Below, in pieces: positions 1 through 10,401 of a stretch of 64,000 nt of DNA. The stretch lies in the IMG/VR virus record IMGVR_UViG_3300030104_003613; one strand, 5' to 3'. Each line of letters starts with the position of its first letter. Position 1 is the first letter of the stretch. The translations under genes were made by a program, and so were the position numbers. Origin of the DNA: a virus. The notes beneath the pieces were generated by a model. It ran no database searches and had not been told where the DNA came from. It saw nothing but the letters and a program-made list of their open reading frames with translations.

Positions 1-769
1 TTAAGTTCTCTGTAATAGTTTTGCTTGTCTCTTTTTTCTGTTCCCAGGAGAGATTAAGTTCTTCCATGAATTTCAAGGTCTCTCCATCCTTGATAAAATC
101 ATATGCCCTATGAACTGTAGAGATCAAAGGTGAGATCTTGTCTATGTTTTTGCTGACATCTTTGAGGATTGTTTTTGAGTTTCGCGTGACGCCGGTAAAT
201 ACAAGATGAAGATCATAAGAATCAAATAAATCAACAGGAAGAAACTCATACTTAATAGTGTTAGAGTCCATAAACTCAATCCTTTTGAAACCTCCCACAC
301 CGCACCCATATGGGTCTTGATACCCACAGTAAGGATTGAAAGAAACTTCCAGTTCATATGCTAACCTACAAATGTCATTGTCAGACATCTTCCTATTTAA
401 GAAGATAGAACATGCTTTGATCAAACTAATAATGTAAGAAGATGATGAAGCAAGTCCACTGCCTTGAGAAAACGCATCACTAGCAAGAGTTACCTGTACT
501 GGTGGCATGTCGAAGTATTCTAACACCACACGAACAGGATCATTCTTAATCTGACTGATGTATTCTACCTCTTCTCTCTTGGAATAGTTGATGATGTACT
601 TGTGTTTTACCTTGTTAAAACCAAACTTATCTTGATTGATAGTCACATATGTTTTGAGATTAGATGTAAAACTAATTACAGTTCCATACCCGAATGCACG
701 AACAAAGTTCGGGTTGTCAGTAGACCCCCCGAACAATGATACTCTTAATGGACAACTAGCGATGATCAT
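1..769 (-). CDS. GHMP-family sugar kinase, HddA-like (heptose-7-phosphate kinase-like); 3' end outside window
   Basis: Manual translation from ATG 769: MIIASCPLRVSLFGGSTD...SQGSGLASSSS...GYQDPYGCGVGGF; GHMP motifs. Absent from ORF track because the stop is off-window. Confidence 0.85.
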   Translation of the reverse strand, partial: MIIASCPLRVSLFGGSTDNPNFVRAFGYGTVISFTSNLKTYVTINQDKFGFNKVKHKYIINYSKREEVEYISQIKNDPVRVVLEYFDMPPVQVTLASDAFSQGSGLASSSSYIISLIKACSIFLNRKMSDNDICRLAYELEVSFNPYCGYQDPYGCGVGGFKRIEFMDSNTIKYEFLPVDLFDSYDLHLVFTGVTRNSKTILKDVSKNIDKISPLISTVHRAYDFIKDGETLKFMEELNLSWEQKKETSKTITENL

Positions 770-1440
770 TTGATCTTAAGTGGTAGGAAAAACTGATTCT
801 GTACCATACATTCAACAGTCTGTTGTTCAGATAGAGGACTATAAGTCACTGTCTGATTGCCACCAGAACTTGTCTGGTAGAAGTATGGATCATCAAAAGC
901 ATACACATTGTGCCAGCGTTGAATCTCTGCGAATCCAATGTCAGGATGGTCTTCAATTACATAACCAGCATGAAGACAGACTCTTCTCGCTAAATCAATA
1001 TACCTTTGCCGAAGATACATTATAGCATGTCCACCTAGCATATTGTAAACTTGTAACATACCAGGGTTAACAACGTCCCACTGAACAAAAGGTCCAGAGT
1101 GACCATTCATTCTACCCCAACCAGAGATGCCAAGATAGAAAGCATCAGTGTTCTCTGGTATCTCAATGATAGGATCCCATCTCTTTACCTCAATATCGTC
1201 TTCGATAACCACAAAAGGTGTGCCTAGGGGTGATACGATAGGGTTGATGGCAGTTTCGATTGCTTCCAACATAGAGCGAGCAGTGCCTGCTTGCCCCACA
1301 GAGTGACGGGTGGCATTGATTCTTTTGAAGTTCTTGATCTCAAGATCCTCAAGAATCTTTTTCATCTTTTGATTTCTTTCTGTCGCATCATCTAGGTTGA
1401 TGTAAAAGAAAGGGATCTCCCTAAGATCGTAACGCCGCAT
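766..1440 (-). CDS. Glycosyltransferase, GT25-like
   Basis: FYINLDDATER N-terminus and VIEDDI motif typical of GT25. Confidence 0.7.
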   Translation of the reverse strand: MRRYDLREIPFFYINLDDATERNQKMKKILEDLEIKNFKRINATRHSVGQAGTARSMLEAIETAINPIVSPLGTPFVVIEDDIEVKRWDPIIEIPENTDAFYLGISGWGRMNGHSGPFVQWDVVNPGMLQVYNMLGGHAIMYLRQRYIDLARRVCLHAGYVIEDHPDIGFAEIQRWHNVYAFDDPYFYQTSSGGNQTVTYSPLSEQQTVECMVQNQFFLPLKIK

Positions 1441-2122
1441 GATTCTTCTTCAGAGCAATGATTTTACCAGGTTGAAAGGGATAGTCTGTCCCGATGAACT
1501 CTTCAGCATAACAATATGTGGGGTCCAAATCAAGTGTAGGTGGATTTTGAATCAGATAGCGATTCATATGTGATTCATCATGCCACACTGCGACAATATT
1601 GTTCTTCAGATCTTCGTTCACATTCTCTGCGATAGTCTCCGCCATCTTCATAAAGACTTCAGTCTTACCACCATTGAATCCACCAGCATAGTAGGTGACA
1701 GTCTTCTCGTCTGGTGAGACGAAAGCACGACTAGCAGGATTACGATCAAAGGTCTGTTGAGCAGGAGATGCCATGGATTGATATCCATGTCTAGTAGCAA
1801 CTAGATCACCACAGACTTCTTCTGCTGTCACAACACCATCAATACGCATGTCAGCATCAAAATAGAAGCAGTAATCATGCTCCAAGATGAAGTCTTTCTC
1901 CTTCATGAAATAATTATATCTCTTCAGAGTGGGCATCGGCCATGGTTCATGGTCAATATAATGAACTCTTACGTTATCTCCTGTCTCCTCAATCTCATGA
2001 TCAGTGAACAGAAGACAACTGATTTCAGCACCGGGACAGAACTTCTCCGACAAGTCCTCGTATAGTTTCTCTACGAACTGAAGATATTTGTTCGTAGCAA
2101 TTGTTAAGATACAGATTTTCAT
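1421..2122 (-). CDS. Glycosyltransferase family 6 (ABO/alpha-1,3-Gal(NAc)T-like)
   Basis: IATNKY, WPMPTLKRY, YFDADM (DXD), YYAGGFNGG, AVWHDESHMNRY. Confidence 0.92.
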   Translation of the reverse strand: MKICILTIATNKYLQFVEKLYEDLSEKFCPGAEISCLLFTDHEIEETGDNVRVHYIDHEPWPMPTLKRYNYFMKEKDFILEHDYCFYFDADMRIDGVVTAEEVCGDLVATRHGYQSMASPAQQTFDRNPASRAFVSPDEKTVTYYAGGFNGGKTEVFMKMAETIAENVNEDLKNNIVAVWHDESHMNRYLIQNPPTLDLDPTYCYAEEFIGTDYPFQPGKIIALKKNHAALRS

Positions 2123-3195
2123 GACACCGCCTCTTCAAAAAGTTTTACATATTCATCCATTATAGCATTCATCGAATAAAACTCATCATACCTTTTCTTT
2201 GCTTCTTTAGAGAACTCATCATACTTATCTCTATCTTCCATAAACATTTTCATAATAGCAGCATACTGCTCCACTGTGTCAACACAGGCACCTGCCAATC
2301 CAACCTGCTCTGCCTGTCCCATGCTGGGGGCAGTATGAGTGATTACAGGTAGACTGTGAGACATTGCTTCAATGATAGCACTAGAACATTGTTCTCCATC
2401 AGATCTACCATGAGCATAGACAGTCAGTGTATTCAAGAACTTATGAATGGCATCTACATCTGATGTAGACGGACAGAACAAAGCGTTCTTAATTCCAAGG
2501 TCAAATGCCTGCTTCTCATACTTGACACTACCACCAAGCATTAAGAACATGGTATCATCGTTTTCAATTTTACTATATGCCTCAAGAGGAATAGGTGAGA
2601 AGATGTGATCATTGTCTCTCTGGTGCATACCAAAGATATGTTTCTGATCAAAAGGTAGTTTACCTTCTACTTCTGGCACAACAACAGTAGGTGGAATGAC
2701 CATAGATCTATCCGCTGGTCCACCAGCAGCGATCCATTTATCTCTCTGATCCTGACACATCAATACAGTCTTGTAAGTATTAGGTTTGTCTTCTGCCATT
2801 CCAGATAGGTGAATAGTATCGATGATAGGAGTCTTGCGAATCATATGGAATGGATACTCTGGATGCCCAGACCTACCACTCACAACCAGATCATAGTTTT
2901 TCTCATCAAAGAGATCCCAGAAGTCTGTGCCAACCCAGTCGTGGGTGCCAACTGTGACGTTCTTGAATAGGACTTTGACTGGAATACAATTTACACCATG
3001 ACTTTCACAAAACTCAACCCTACTGGGATCAGTATCTTTATGCTGATGACTTGATCCAATATAGGGTGCTCCAGGTGTGTAAAAATAATCAACTTGAAAC
3101 TTTGTCTTGTCGAGATAAGAGGCAATAGTTTGGAGGAACTTCTCTGTTCCTCCGTTTGCCATTCCACCAAACTTAACGAATGCTACCTTAATCAT
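2119..3195 (-). CDS. Glycosyltransferase, GT4/GT-B fold
   Basis: GGTEK N-terminal motif and EQCSSAIIEAM (EX7E); start at ATG 3195 overlapping the upstream stop. Confidence 0.8.
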   Translation of the reverse strand: MIKVAFVKFGGMANGGTEKFLQTIASYLDKTKFQVDYFYTPGAPYIGSSHQHKDTDPSRVEFCESHGVNCIPVKVLFKNVTVGTHDWVGTDFWDLFDEKNYDLVVSGRSGHPEYPFHMIRKTPIIDTIHLSGMAEDKPNTYKTVLMCQDQRDKWIAAGGPADRSMVIPPTVVVPEVEGKLPFDQKHIFGMHQRDNDHIFSPIPLEAYSKIENDDTMFLMLGGSVKYEKQAFDLGIKNALFCPSTSDVDAIHKFLNTLTVYAHGRSDGEQCSSAIIEAMSHSLPVITHTAPSMGQAEQVGLAGACVDTVEQYAAIMKMFMEDRDKYDEFSKEAKKRYDEFYSMNAIMDEYVKLFEEAVS

Positions 3196-3944
3196 ACCGC
3201 TTTCAAACAAATCATGTTTCTGGGGAACCACCATGGAATCCACACGTTAAACCACTTTTGTCTAACAAGTTTATCAGTGCTAGCGTTCATTGCGTCATCA
3301 TGAGTCAACCAGTTTGTAGACTTTGGTTTATGAACACCATCATTGAATCCAGTTCCATCACCCCTCACAGTATATCTCAAGAACTCGGGGTCTGCTTTCT
3401 CTGTTTCTCTTGCTTCTTTACACCATTGAACGATCTTTTCTTCCAACTCGGGATAAACTTCATATCCTTTAGTAAGGAGTTTATCGTACCAGTAGGACTT
3501 TGGTTGAAGATTGAAATGTCCTGTGCCACCTTGCCCCGGAGGTGCTGCTGTCATGATGATATACTTTGCCCCATGTCGAGTAAGAGCATCAACATAATTG
3601 TCAGCATACTCTGGTTCGATATGTTCCGCAACCTCAATGCTGTAAACCATATCTACATCTTGGTTGACCTCATAGGGATTTCTCAAATCATGGATAGTCA
3701 CCTTTTCGGGGTCAATCATCATGTGAGGAATGGCATTAGTTGTTCCCTCTAGTCCAGAAATTTGAACACCGAGATTCTCATAACAAGACAACCAATGTCC
3801 TGTGGCACATCCTACATCAAAAACTGATTCGATATTTAAAAACTCTTTGATCTTGGGGGCAAGATACTTTGCCATTGGAAGAGAGTCAGCGATGTTATCT
3901 CTGAAGAACCAGTCTTCATAGATTTCGTTTAGTACATTAGTCAT
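3192..3944 (-). CDS. Class I SAM-dependent methyltransferase
   Basis: VFDVGCATG motif I; SIEVAEHI; PGQGGTGH. Confidence 0.8.
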   Translation of the reverse strand: MTNVLNEIYEDWFFRDNIADSLPMAKYLAPKIKEFLNIESVFDVGCATGHWLSCYENLGVQISGLEGTTNAIPHMMIDPEKVTIHDLRNPYEVNQDVDMVYSIEVAEHIEPEYADNYVDALTRHGAKYIIMTAAPPGQGGTGHFNLQPKSYWYDKLLTKGYEVYPELEEKIVQWCKEARETEKADPEFLRYTVRGDGTGFNDGVHKPKSTNWLTHDDAMNASTDKLVRQKWFNVWIPWWFPRNMICLKAV

Positions 3945-3948
3945 TTTA

Positions 3949-4881
3949 TTAATCGTTGAATTGTGTATTGGGTTGGCGTCCAGTGCGTTTTACAAACTCC
4001 TCACGCAGTTGTGGAATGTGCCAGATGCGAAGACCTTCAAAGTATTCTACACCCTGATTGTCAAAATGCTCTAGAATCTTGGGCATTAGATCACAACGCA
4101 GGAAAGTCTTCTCATCCCATTTAGGATCGAAGTTAGGGACATTAGGAGTAGGAATGCCTTCCAACCATGCGGGAGGAATCTTCTTCAGTCCAACGCCTTG
4201 ATCTTGAAAACAAATACTATACTTACCAAGGATTGTACCCAGAGCACCAGGACCGTGCTGAACCAGTTCACCAACCTGCTTCCATGCCTGTTTCAGGTGG
4301 AAGTTATTGAAGTATGCGAACTGATAGTGGAGGACACATCCCATGCTAGGATCAAGTCTCATCCACTTGTCCTCTGTGTTTGGTCCAATAGTTCTACCAT
4401 CTGCCATAAAAGTGTAGTGATAATCCAATTCAGGACTATCAGTTACAACAAAATCCTTGTAGAGATTACTCCACACGGTCTGGTCATTGCGATAGAAATT
4501 GTTGCTCTTCCACAGTGCCAACCACTGCATCGCCAGTTTCCTACCAGGTGGAATCTGTGAGATTACCTCTCTGGCAATAGGAACAAAGTTAGTGGTGAAT
4601 GCTTCATCAGCATCCAAGCAAAGGAAGTGAGTTCCTTTACGCTCGCGAGCATAGTTAAACAGGAACTGGCGTACACGTCCGGGGTTCCAACCACCACGAA
4701 CGTCTGTGGTCTCCTCATATCCCTTGACGATGACGCCTGCTTCCTCCATCATCTCTCTGGAATTATCAGTAGAGTCATTATCAATAGCAATGATCTCATC
4801 ACAAATGGGGAGAACATTCTTCAAGTAAAGAGGAATAAACTGTTCCTCATTCTTGAAGGGTAAGAGTCCAATAATTTTCAT
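3949..4881 (-). CDS. Glycosyltransferase family 2-like
   Basis: PFKNEE, IDNDSTDNS, LDADE. Confidence 0.8.
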   Translation of the reverse strand: MKIIGLLPFKNEEQFIPLYLKNVLPICDEIIAIDNDSTDNSREMMEEAGVIVKGYEETTDVRGGWNPGRVRQFLFNYARERKGTHFLCLDADEAFTTNFVPIAREVISQIPPGRKLAMQWLALWKSNNFYRNDQTVWSNLYKDFVVTDSPELDYHYTFMADGRTIGPNTEDKWMRLDPSMGCVLHYQFAYFNNFHLKQAWKQVGELVQHGPGALGTILGKYSICFQDQGVGLKKIPPAWLEGIPTPNVPNFDPKWDEKTFLRCDLMPKILEHFDNQGVEYFEGLRIWHIPQLREEFVKRTGRQPNTQFND

Positions 4882-5510
4882 TTCAGGTAAATTCCAAATC
4901 CAGTAGGGTTGTGCGCGTCCTTTGTTACATCAAACTTTGTCCCAGTCCACTCTTCGTGAAACTTCCACTTTGATCTTTCATCAGATGTGGTGCCTTGATC
5001 TTGAATATCATCCACCACGATGATGGCATCATCCGTCAAATACTTGTTCCATACCTCATACTCTGCTTTGATCTGCTCGTATGTATGAATCGTATCACAG
5101 AAGAGCATACTTACACTCTTTTCTTCAAAGAGTTCTGCGATCTTATCAGAGTCAATAGCATCAAAGTTATTATCAATCGTGACCCTAGGATCTCGTCTTA
5201 CCTCTCCTGGAACATAACGACAGTCATTCGTGATATCAAATGAGTAAAACTTTTGATCCTCTTTGAGAGCATCATAAATCGCAAGGGTGCTACACCCTCT
5301 ACGATTACCCAGTTCTACGACAGTTCCATCAACGTGTTCTGTCAGTTTGTGGAGATACCAGAAGTATCCATGGTTACTATCAGCATTAGTGATGTACTGA
5401 TAATGCTCCGTTGTGGGAGAGATCAGTCTAATAAGGTTAGAATCATTCCATTCAACAACTTTGTTCTTGTTCTTAATGATTCTATTGATAAAAGTCTTAT
5501 GATTACTCAT
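4878..5510 (-). CDS. Class I SAM-dependent methyltransferase (Methyltransf_24-like)
   Basis: VVELGNRRGCST, FCDTIHTYE, IVVDD. Confidence 0.75.
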   Translation of the reverse strand: MSNHKTFINRIIKNKNKVVEWNDSNLIRLISPTTEHYQYITNADSNHGYFWYLHKLTEHVDGTVVELGNRRGCSTLAIYDALKEDQKFYSFDITNDCRYVPGEVRRDPRVTIDNNFDAIDSDKIAELFEEKSVSMLFCDTIHTYEQIKAEYEVWNKYLTDDAIIVVDDIQDQGTTSDERSKWKFHEEWTGTKFDVTKDAHNPTGFGIYLK

Positions 5511-6285
5511 TAAAATCTGATGCCTCAATCACTCTATCATTAAACGTGATCTTATTTATTTCATATCCTGAACTTGCTTGGGGAACCAGTCTGGGATCAA
5601 TAACATCTATACCATATCTCATTTCAATCACAGTTCTTTCAAGAGACTGCTTACTGTTGGGACTGGTGCTCTGTCCTAATCCTTCATCAAGATAGTAACC
5701 AAGGATGTCATTGATATGAAGACCTTTGCCACAACGTGCCATTCGCATCGCAAGATCATAGTCGGCACCAGAAACAAGTTTCTCATCAAACCAACCAGTC
5801 TTATCTAACAAATTTCTACGAACCATGAAGAAAGGTCCAAGGATCATACCACTCTTCAACTCATCTTCTCTACCAGATTCATCTACCAGTTCACCATCTG
5901 TTCCTCTAAACTCTGGAACTTTGATGTAGTTGCCATATACAAAGTCAACATCAGGATTCTCATCCAGTGCCTTTGCCATCACCTCAATGGATTCCGGTGT
6001 ACGCAGGTCATCAATGTTCCAGATACACAAATAATCACCATCAGCATATTCAATACACCGATTCATTGATACGCCAATAGGATCAACACCCTCTACAACA
6101 ATGTGAGTGATGTTGTCCTGTGTTTCATTATACTTTTCAACCTTGGCAACCTCTTCCTTGGTGGGATCATTATGGTCAAGAACAACTTCAAGATCGGTAT
6201 GAGTCTGTTCTGCCACACTCTCCAAGAATCCGTCCAGATACTTTGAAGTATTATAGGATGCGCTAATACAACTAACTCTTGTCAT
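5503..6285 (-). CDS. Glycosyltransferase family 2
   Basis: VSCISASYN, GDYLCIWNIDD, GWFDE, ADYDLAMR. Confidence 0.85.
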   Translation of the reverse strand: MTRVSCISASYNTSKYLDGFLESVAEQTHTDLEVVLDHNDPTKEEVAKVEKYNETQDNITHIVVEGVDPIGVSMNRCIEYADGDYLCIWNIDDLRTPESIEVMAKALDENPDVDFVYGNYIKVPEFRGTDGELVDESGREDELKSGMILGPFFMVRRNLLDKTGWFDEKLVSGADYDLAMRMARCGKGLHINDILGYYLDEGLGQSTSPNSKQSLERTVIEMRYGIDVIDPRLVPQASSGYEINKITFNDRVIEASDFNE

Positions 6286-7135
6286 TGAGATACTCCTTCT
6301 TCATTTCATTATACACCTTTCTGACGCCTACATCAATAGTAGTTTTAGGAATCCACCAATCTAGAATGAAGGTGTCTGCTTCGTTTCTCTTATCCATCTG
6401 AACACTGTCCTTTGCCAGACCGGGTTTGATATCAACATCATACATTTCGTCCATATAAAAACATCCCTTGATCATAGCGGCAACCTCTTTGATTGTCTCT
6501 GATCTGAATGAAGTGATGTGAAGTGGATCCTCTGGTTTGAAGTCAGTATAGTTCTCCATGATTGTCTCTAGTGCCTCACAGCAGTCTTCAGCATAGAGGA
6601 ACTGACGCTCTTCGGTGCCATCAGTCATCATTTCAAATTGACGCTCTTCAAACCCCTTACGGATGAAGTCAGTGATAACATGTGCCTTCTCCATATCTTT
6701 CTCAATACCATAGACATTCCAGAACTTAACAGTAAGTCCATTTAGTGCTGTGGTATGAAGTTCGCCAACACGCTTCATCACACCATAAGGTGAGTATGAC
6801 ATGTTGCTCATCTGGGATGAGGCAAAGATAAATCTCTTATTGAACCTCTTCAATAGTTTGAAGGTGTTCGCCATCATACGAGTGTTGTTGTTTACAAAGT
6901 CAAACGTATGCTGATACTTCTTTAGATAGCGTGACCCACCTACATCAAAAGCAAGGAAGAATACAAAGTCAGCATTCTCAATTGACTTCTCTATGACAGT
7001 GCTAGGTGTCACCCTCAAATCATATTGAACACCATTCACGACATCAATATCAGTGACCTCATGTCCTTTTTCTTTGAGGTAATCAGATAGGTATGCGCCA
7101 ATCTGGCCAGCAGATCCTAGGATTGTAACTTTCAT
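6272..7135 (-). CDS. NAD-dependent nucleotide-sugar epimerase/reductase (extended SDR)
   Basis: GSAGQIG Rossmann motif, YGVMK (YxxxK), DGTEERQF. Confidence 0.85.
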   Translation of the reverse strand: MKVTILGSAGQIGAYLSDYLKEKGHEVTDIDVVNGVQYDLRVTPSTVIEKSIENADFVFFLAFDVGGSRYLKKYQHTFDFVNNNTRMMANTFKLLKRFNKRFIFASSQMSNMSYSPYGVMKRVGELHTTALNGLTVKFWNVYGIEKDMEKAHVITDFIRKGFEERQFEMMTDGTEERQFLYAEDCCEALETIMENYTDFKPEDPLHITSFRSETIKEVAAMIKGCFYMDEMYDVDIKPGLAKDSVQMDKRNEADTFILDWWIPKTTIDVGVRKVYNEMKKEYLNDKS

Positions 7136-7989
7136 ACAATGATCTCCATAAATTTATTCAAAGATGCTTTCAATGATAATTCCCTCTTCACGAACATTTG
7201 AGGGTTGTAGTTCTTACCTATAAATTTAGAGAAGGTATCTCCAAGTTCGGAATATTTATAAAAGAACTCACCACATTCTTCTGACCAATAGGGGATAGAA
7301 GTTGCGGGAGTTGCCCACTCTTCACCCATGTCATTCCATTCTTTCACATCCCATACAAGACAGGGTGTATCTGATGCCATAATCTCTTGAACAGCAATGC
7401 CTTGACTCTCTGTTCCATTTAACAGAAACGCGAATCTAACTTTACTAAGGGTGTTGATAAAATCATTCTGTGAATAATTACCATAACCAAAGACAATGTA
7501 AGTCATTCCTTTTTCATCCAGGAACTTCTTGACAAGATTTAACTCTTTGTCACTTCTCCTTTTAAAGTAAATGAGGAAATCGTATTCAATTTCTCTGGTT
7601 ACGTTTGTGATGTCAATACCAACTGGCCATGATACAACCTTGTTTGAAGGCACATTGAACTGAGTAATTAATTGATTGGATACCCATTCAGAGGGTGTGA
7701 TGAGTTTATTATAATAATCGGGATTGTCAAATAAGAATTTACCATAGGCATCCCAACCCCAAAACTGTGGTCCAATATAACACGATTCATGTTCTAGACA
7801 CTCATGCTTTCTGTGACCATCAGCATTATACTGCATCAGGAAATTAGTATCATATCTTTCTTGATTGATACTATACGGAATGCCTTCCAGGTCTAATGAT
7901 TTAATAAAGTTTTTGACAACCTTCTCTGGACCACTAACAATGCCCTGCCTGTGTGCCCAATAAGAATCCTCATACCATAGATTTATCAT
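7132..7989 (-). CDS. Glycosyltransferase, GT-B (GT4-like)
   Basis: SGPEKV, ITPSEWV, WPVGID, ESQGIAVQE (EX7E). Confidence 0.65.
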   Translation of the reverse strand: MINLWYEDSYWAHRQGIVSGPEKVVKNFIKSLDLEGIPYSINQERYDTNFLMQYNADGHRKHECLEHESCYIGPQFWGWDAYGKFLFDNPDYYNKLITPSEWVSNQLITQFNVPSNKVVSWPVGIDITNVTREIEYDFLIYFKRRSDKELNLVKKFLDEKGMTYIVFGYGNYSQNDFINTLSKVRFAFLLNGTESQGIAVQEIMASDTPCLVWDVKEWNDMGEEWATPATSIPYWSEECGEFFYKYSELGDTFSKFIGKNYNPQMFVKRELSLKASLNKFMEIIV

Positions 7990-8849
7990 ATATCCTCCCA
8001 ACCATTTACAATGATGTCCTTATAATCCACAGTATTTTTAGGACCAGCCCATTTGTTTACGTCTGGACAGACAACCTTTCTTGTTCTGCTCTGCAACCAA
8101 GCACCCCACCAACTGTAACTACTATTAGAAATGATAGCACCATCACACAAAGTCATCAAGCATAAATCAAACTCTGGTGATAGTGCTCCTTCCTTATATC
8201 CCTGACTTGATATGAAAGAACTCATTGGCATTCTATCTTCAGTTTCAGAGAAATGAAATCTATCTGATTGAAAGAGTTGTTGATCTTTACACCACTCAAT
8301 ATCATCAGAGAAAACCAGCACAGGTTCATCACTGAAAAGTGACAATGCTTTTTCAAAATAAGTTATGTCCAGATTGAAATGATACTCTGGTCTCTTTACA
8401 TAATCTCCTCTTCTAACATGGAGGAAAATGGGTGTAACATCAAAACTTGATATCATCTCTTGACATGGTTCAAGAATATAGTCTTTGAAGTTAAAGTCTT
8501 TTCTGATACTACCCTCAATGTTCTTGAACCATTTTTCAGACTGGTAAAACCCGCTGATGTTCACATTGTCGGGACACTCATCATAGAATTCCTGATTGAA
8601 ATGAAACGTGGTTGAGTGACACACATCGTCAGATGTCCTGTGTTTATAAAGACCTCCCATGTATCCATTGTATTTGACACTGCTCAACTCAAAGACATCA
8701 TGAAGAAGGTAATTACAGGTCCTTGATTGATCGTTTGGGGGGATTACAAAGTCATATCCCCTATGTGCTGCTATACCACGAAGGGCAGCATACTGAAACA
8801 TAGTGTTTCCAATCCACCCCTTGTTACCTAGTTCATCAAAACCAATCAT
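7986..8849 (-). CDS. Alpha-1,2-fucosyltransferase, GT11
   Basis: GNTMFQYA, GFYQSEKWF, HVRRGDY, FSDDIEWC, SNSSYSWWGAWL. Confidence 0.92.
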   Translation of the reverse strand: MIGFDELGNKGWIGNTMFQYAALRGIAAHRGYDFVIPPNDQSRTCNYLLHDVFELSSVKYNGYMGGLYKHRTSDDVCHSTTFHFNQEFYDECPDNVNISGFYQSEKWFKNIEGSIRKDFNFKDYILEPCQEMISSFDVTPIFLHVRRGDYVKRPEYHFNLDITYFEKALSLFSDEPVLVFSDDIEWCKDQQLFQSDRFHFSETEDRMPMSSFISSQGYKEGALSPEFDLCLMTLCDGAIISNSSYSWWGAWLQSRTRKVVCPDVNKWAGPKNTVDYKDIIVNGWEDI

Positions 8850-9814
8850 GACAGACGATCCACCCAGGTCTTGATCATCTCATCCATCATAGTCTCAAAG
8901 TTATACGTCGGTTTCCATCCAAGTTTATCACGAATCTCCTGACCATCACCTTTAAGGTACTTCAACTCCTCGGGTCTCATATACTTCTGATTCTGTACAA
9001 CATAATCTTTGTAGTTTAAACCTAGTTGAGTGAATACATGATCGCAAAGGTCACGAACCGTTCTTGTCTCTCCGGTCGAAACAATCCAATCCCTTGGTTC
9101 TTCATGTTGTAGGAGAAGATACATTGCGCGAACATAGTCATAGGAGTGACCCCAGTCACGACTGGAATCCATGTTACCCAATTCAAGTTTGTCACGAAGA
9201 CCATTCTTGATTTCTACTGCTGCTTTGACAACCTTGTGTGTCACGAAGTTAGTTCCTCTACGAGGTGACTCATGATTAAAGAGAATACCGTTACAAGCAT
9301 GAAGTTTATAGGCATTCCGATAGTGACGGACCAGATTGTATCCCATCACCTTGGAACAACCATAGGGACTGACAGGACTCATAATTGTAGTGAGTCTTTG
9401 ACATCCATCTGGGTCAACAGAATTACCAAACATCTCAGAAGAACTTGCCTGATAGAACTTGGATTGAGGAACAACCTCTTTGTATGCTTCTAGAATATTC
9501 AGAACACCAAGAGAGTTTGTCTTAATAGTAAAAGAAGGGACATCAAAACTAACCCTGACATGACTCATAGCAGCAAGATTATAAATCTCATCAGGTTCAA
9601 CCTCTCTCATAACACGGTACAGAGAGTGTTCATCAGTCAAATCACCATAATGATTGTTGACTTGATCATTAATATTCATGATACGAGAACTCTGGTTCTC
9701 GGCAACTGACTGTCGTCGAACAATACCATGAACTTCATAACCAAGTTCCACAAGATACTCGGCAAGATAAGATCCATCTTGTCCAGTGATACCAGTAATG
9801 AGTGCTTTCTTCAT
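8846..9814 (-). CDS. gmd: GDP-mannose 4,6-dehydratase
   Basis: GITGQDGSYLAE, SHVRVSF, YQASSSE, NGILFNHESPRRG, RDWGH. Confidence 0.97.
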   Translation of the reverse strand: MKKALITGITGQDGSYLAEYLVELGYEVHGIVRRQSVAENQSSRIMNINDQVNNHYGDLTDEHSLYRVMREVEPDEIYNLAAMSHVRVSFDVPSFTIKTNSLGVLNILEAYKEVVPQSKFYQASSSEMFGNSVDPDGCQRLTTIMSPVSPYGCSKVMGYNLVRHYRNAYKLHACNGILFNHESPRRGTNFVTHKVVKAAVEIKNGLRDKLELGNMDSSRDWGHSYDYVRAMYLLLQHEEPRDWIVSTGETRTVRDLCDHVFTQLGLNYKDYVVQNQKYMRPEELKYLKGDGQEIRDKLGWKPTYNFETMMDEMIKTWVDRLS

Positions 9815-10401
9815 TTGAATACTTTCATGTTTCTAAGGTCAGGCCAATCAGTCCATTCCCATTGGCGGGGAGTTCTTTCAATAGCGTCTGGCAACTTGTC
9901 CAATCCCAGTTGTGCTGTCTCTGGTGTCATATAGTAATGATATCCTACCATGTCAATATCTTGGTCTCTCCATGGAGTACCAGGAGTTCTCCCATCATAG
10001 GACATTTGTTTGATGGTGTCAAAAGATGTTTTATTATCCAACAATATCATACCACCTCTACCCAAACTCAAATGTTTCTGGAATTGAAAACTCAAACACA
10101 TGTATGTGCCGGGAATGTATGAGTTTTTCTTCCACAATACAGCAGCATCAATAATATTTGTATCACCAAGAGCGTAATAATCTTTCCATTCCTCCTCTGA
10201 CCATTCCATATCAAGACATAGTTTTTTAGATAAGAAAGGAATAGAGATATAAGTTCTGGTTGGAACTGTAATCTTGGGGTAACCCTCATATCTAAGACAA
10301 AGTTCAATACCATGAGTACAGGAGTCTACCGCAATTGCGTATGGACTTCCAAAGAACTTTGCTATCTCTGTTTCAAATTTAGATACTGATTCAAAACTCA
10401 T
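9811..10401 (-). CDS. DegT/DnrJ-family PLP sugar aminotransferase, unusually short
   Basis: AVDSCTHGIEL, IIDAA, SFQFQKHL (Schiff-base Lys), GRGGMI, GYHYYM. Confidence 0.85.
   Translation of the reverse strand: MSFESVSKFETEIAKFFGSPYAIAVDSCTHGIELCLRYEGYPKITVPTRTYISIPFLSKKLCLDMEWSEEEWKDYYALGDTNIIDAAVLWKKNSYIPGTYMCLSFQFQKHLSLGRGGMILLDNKTSFDTIKQMSYDGRTPGTPWRDQDIDMVGYHYYMTPETAQLGLDKLPDAIERTPRQWEWTDWPDLRNMKVFK

Noticed and set aside
142-357. 71-aa hydrophobic minus-strand ORF
   Set aside because: Out-of-frame overlap inside the GHMP kinase gene.
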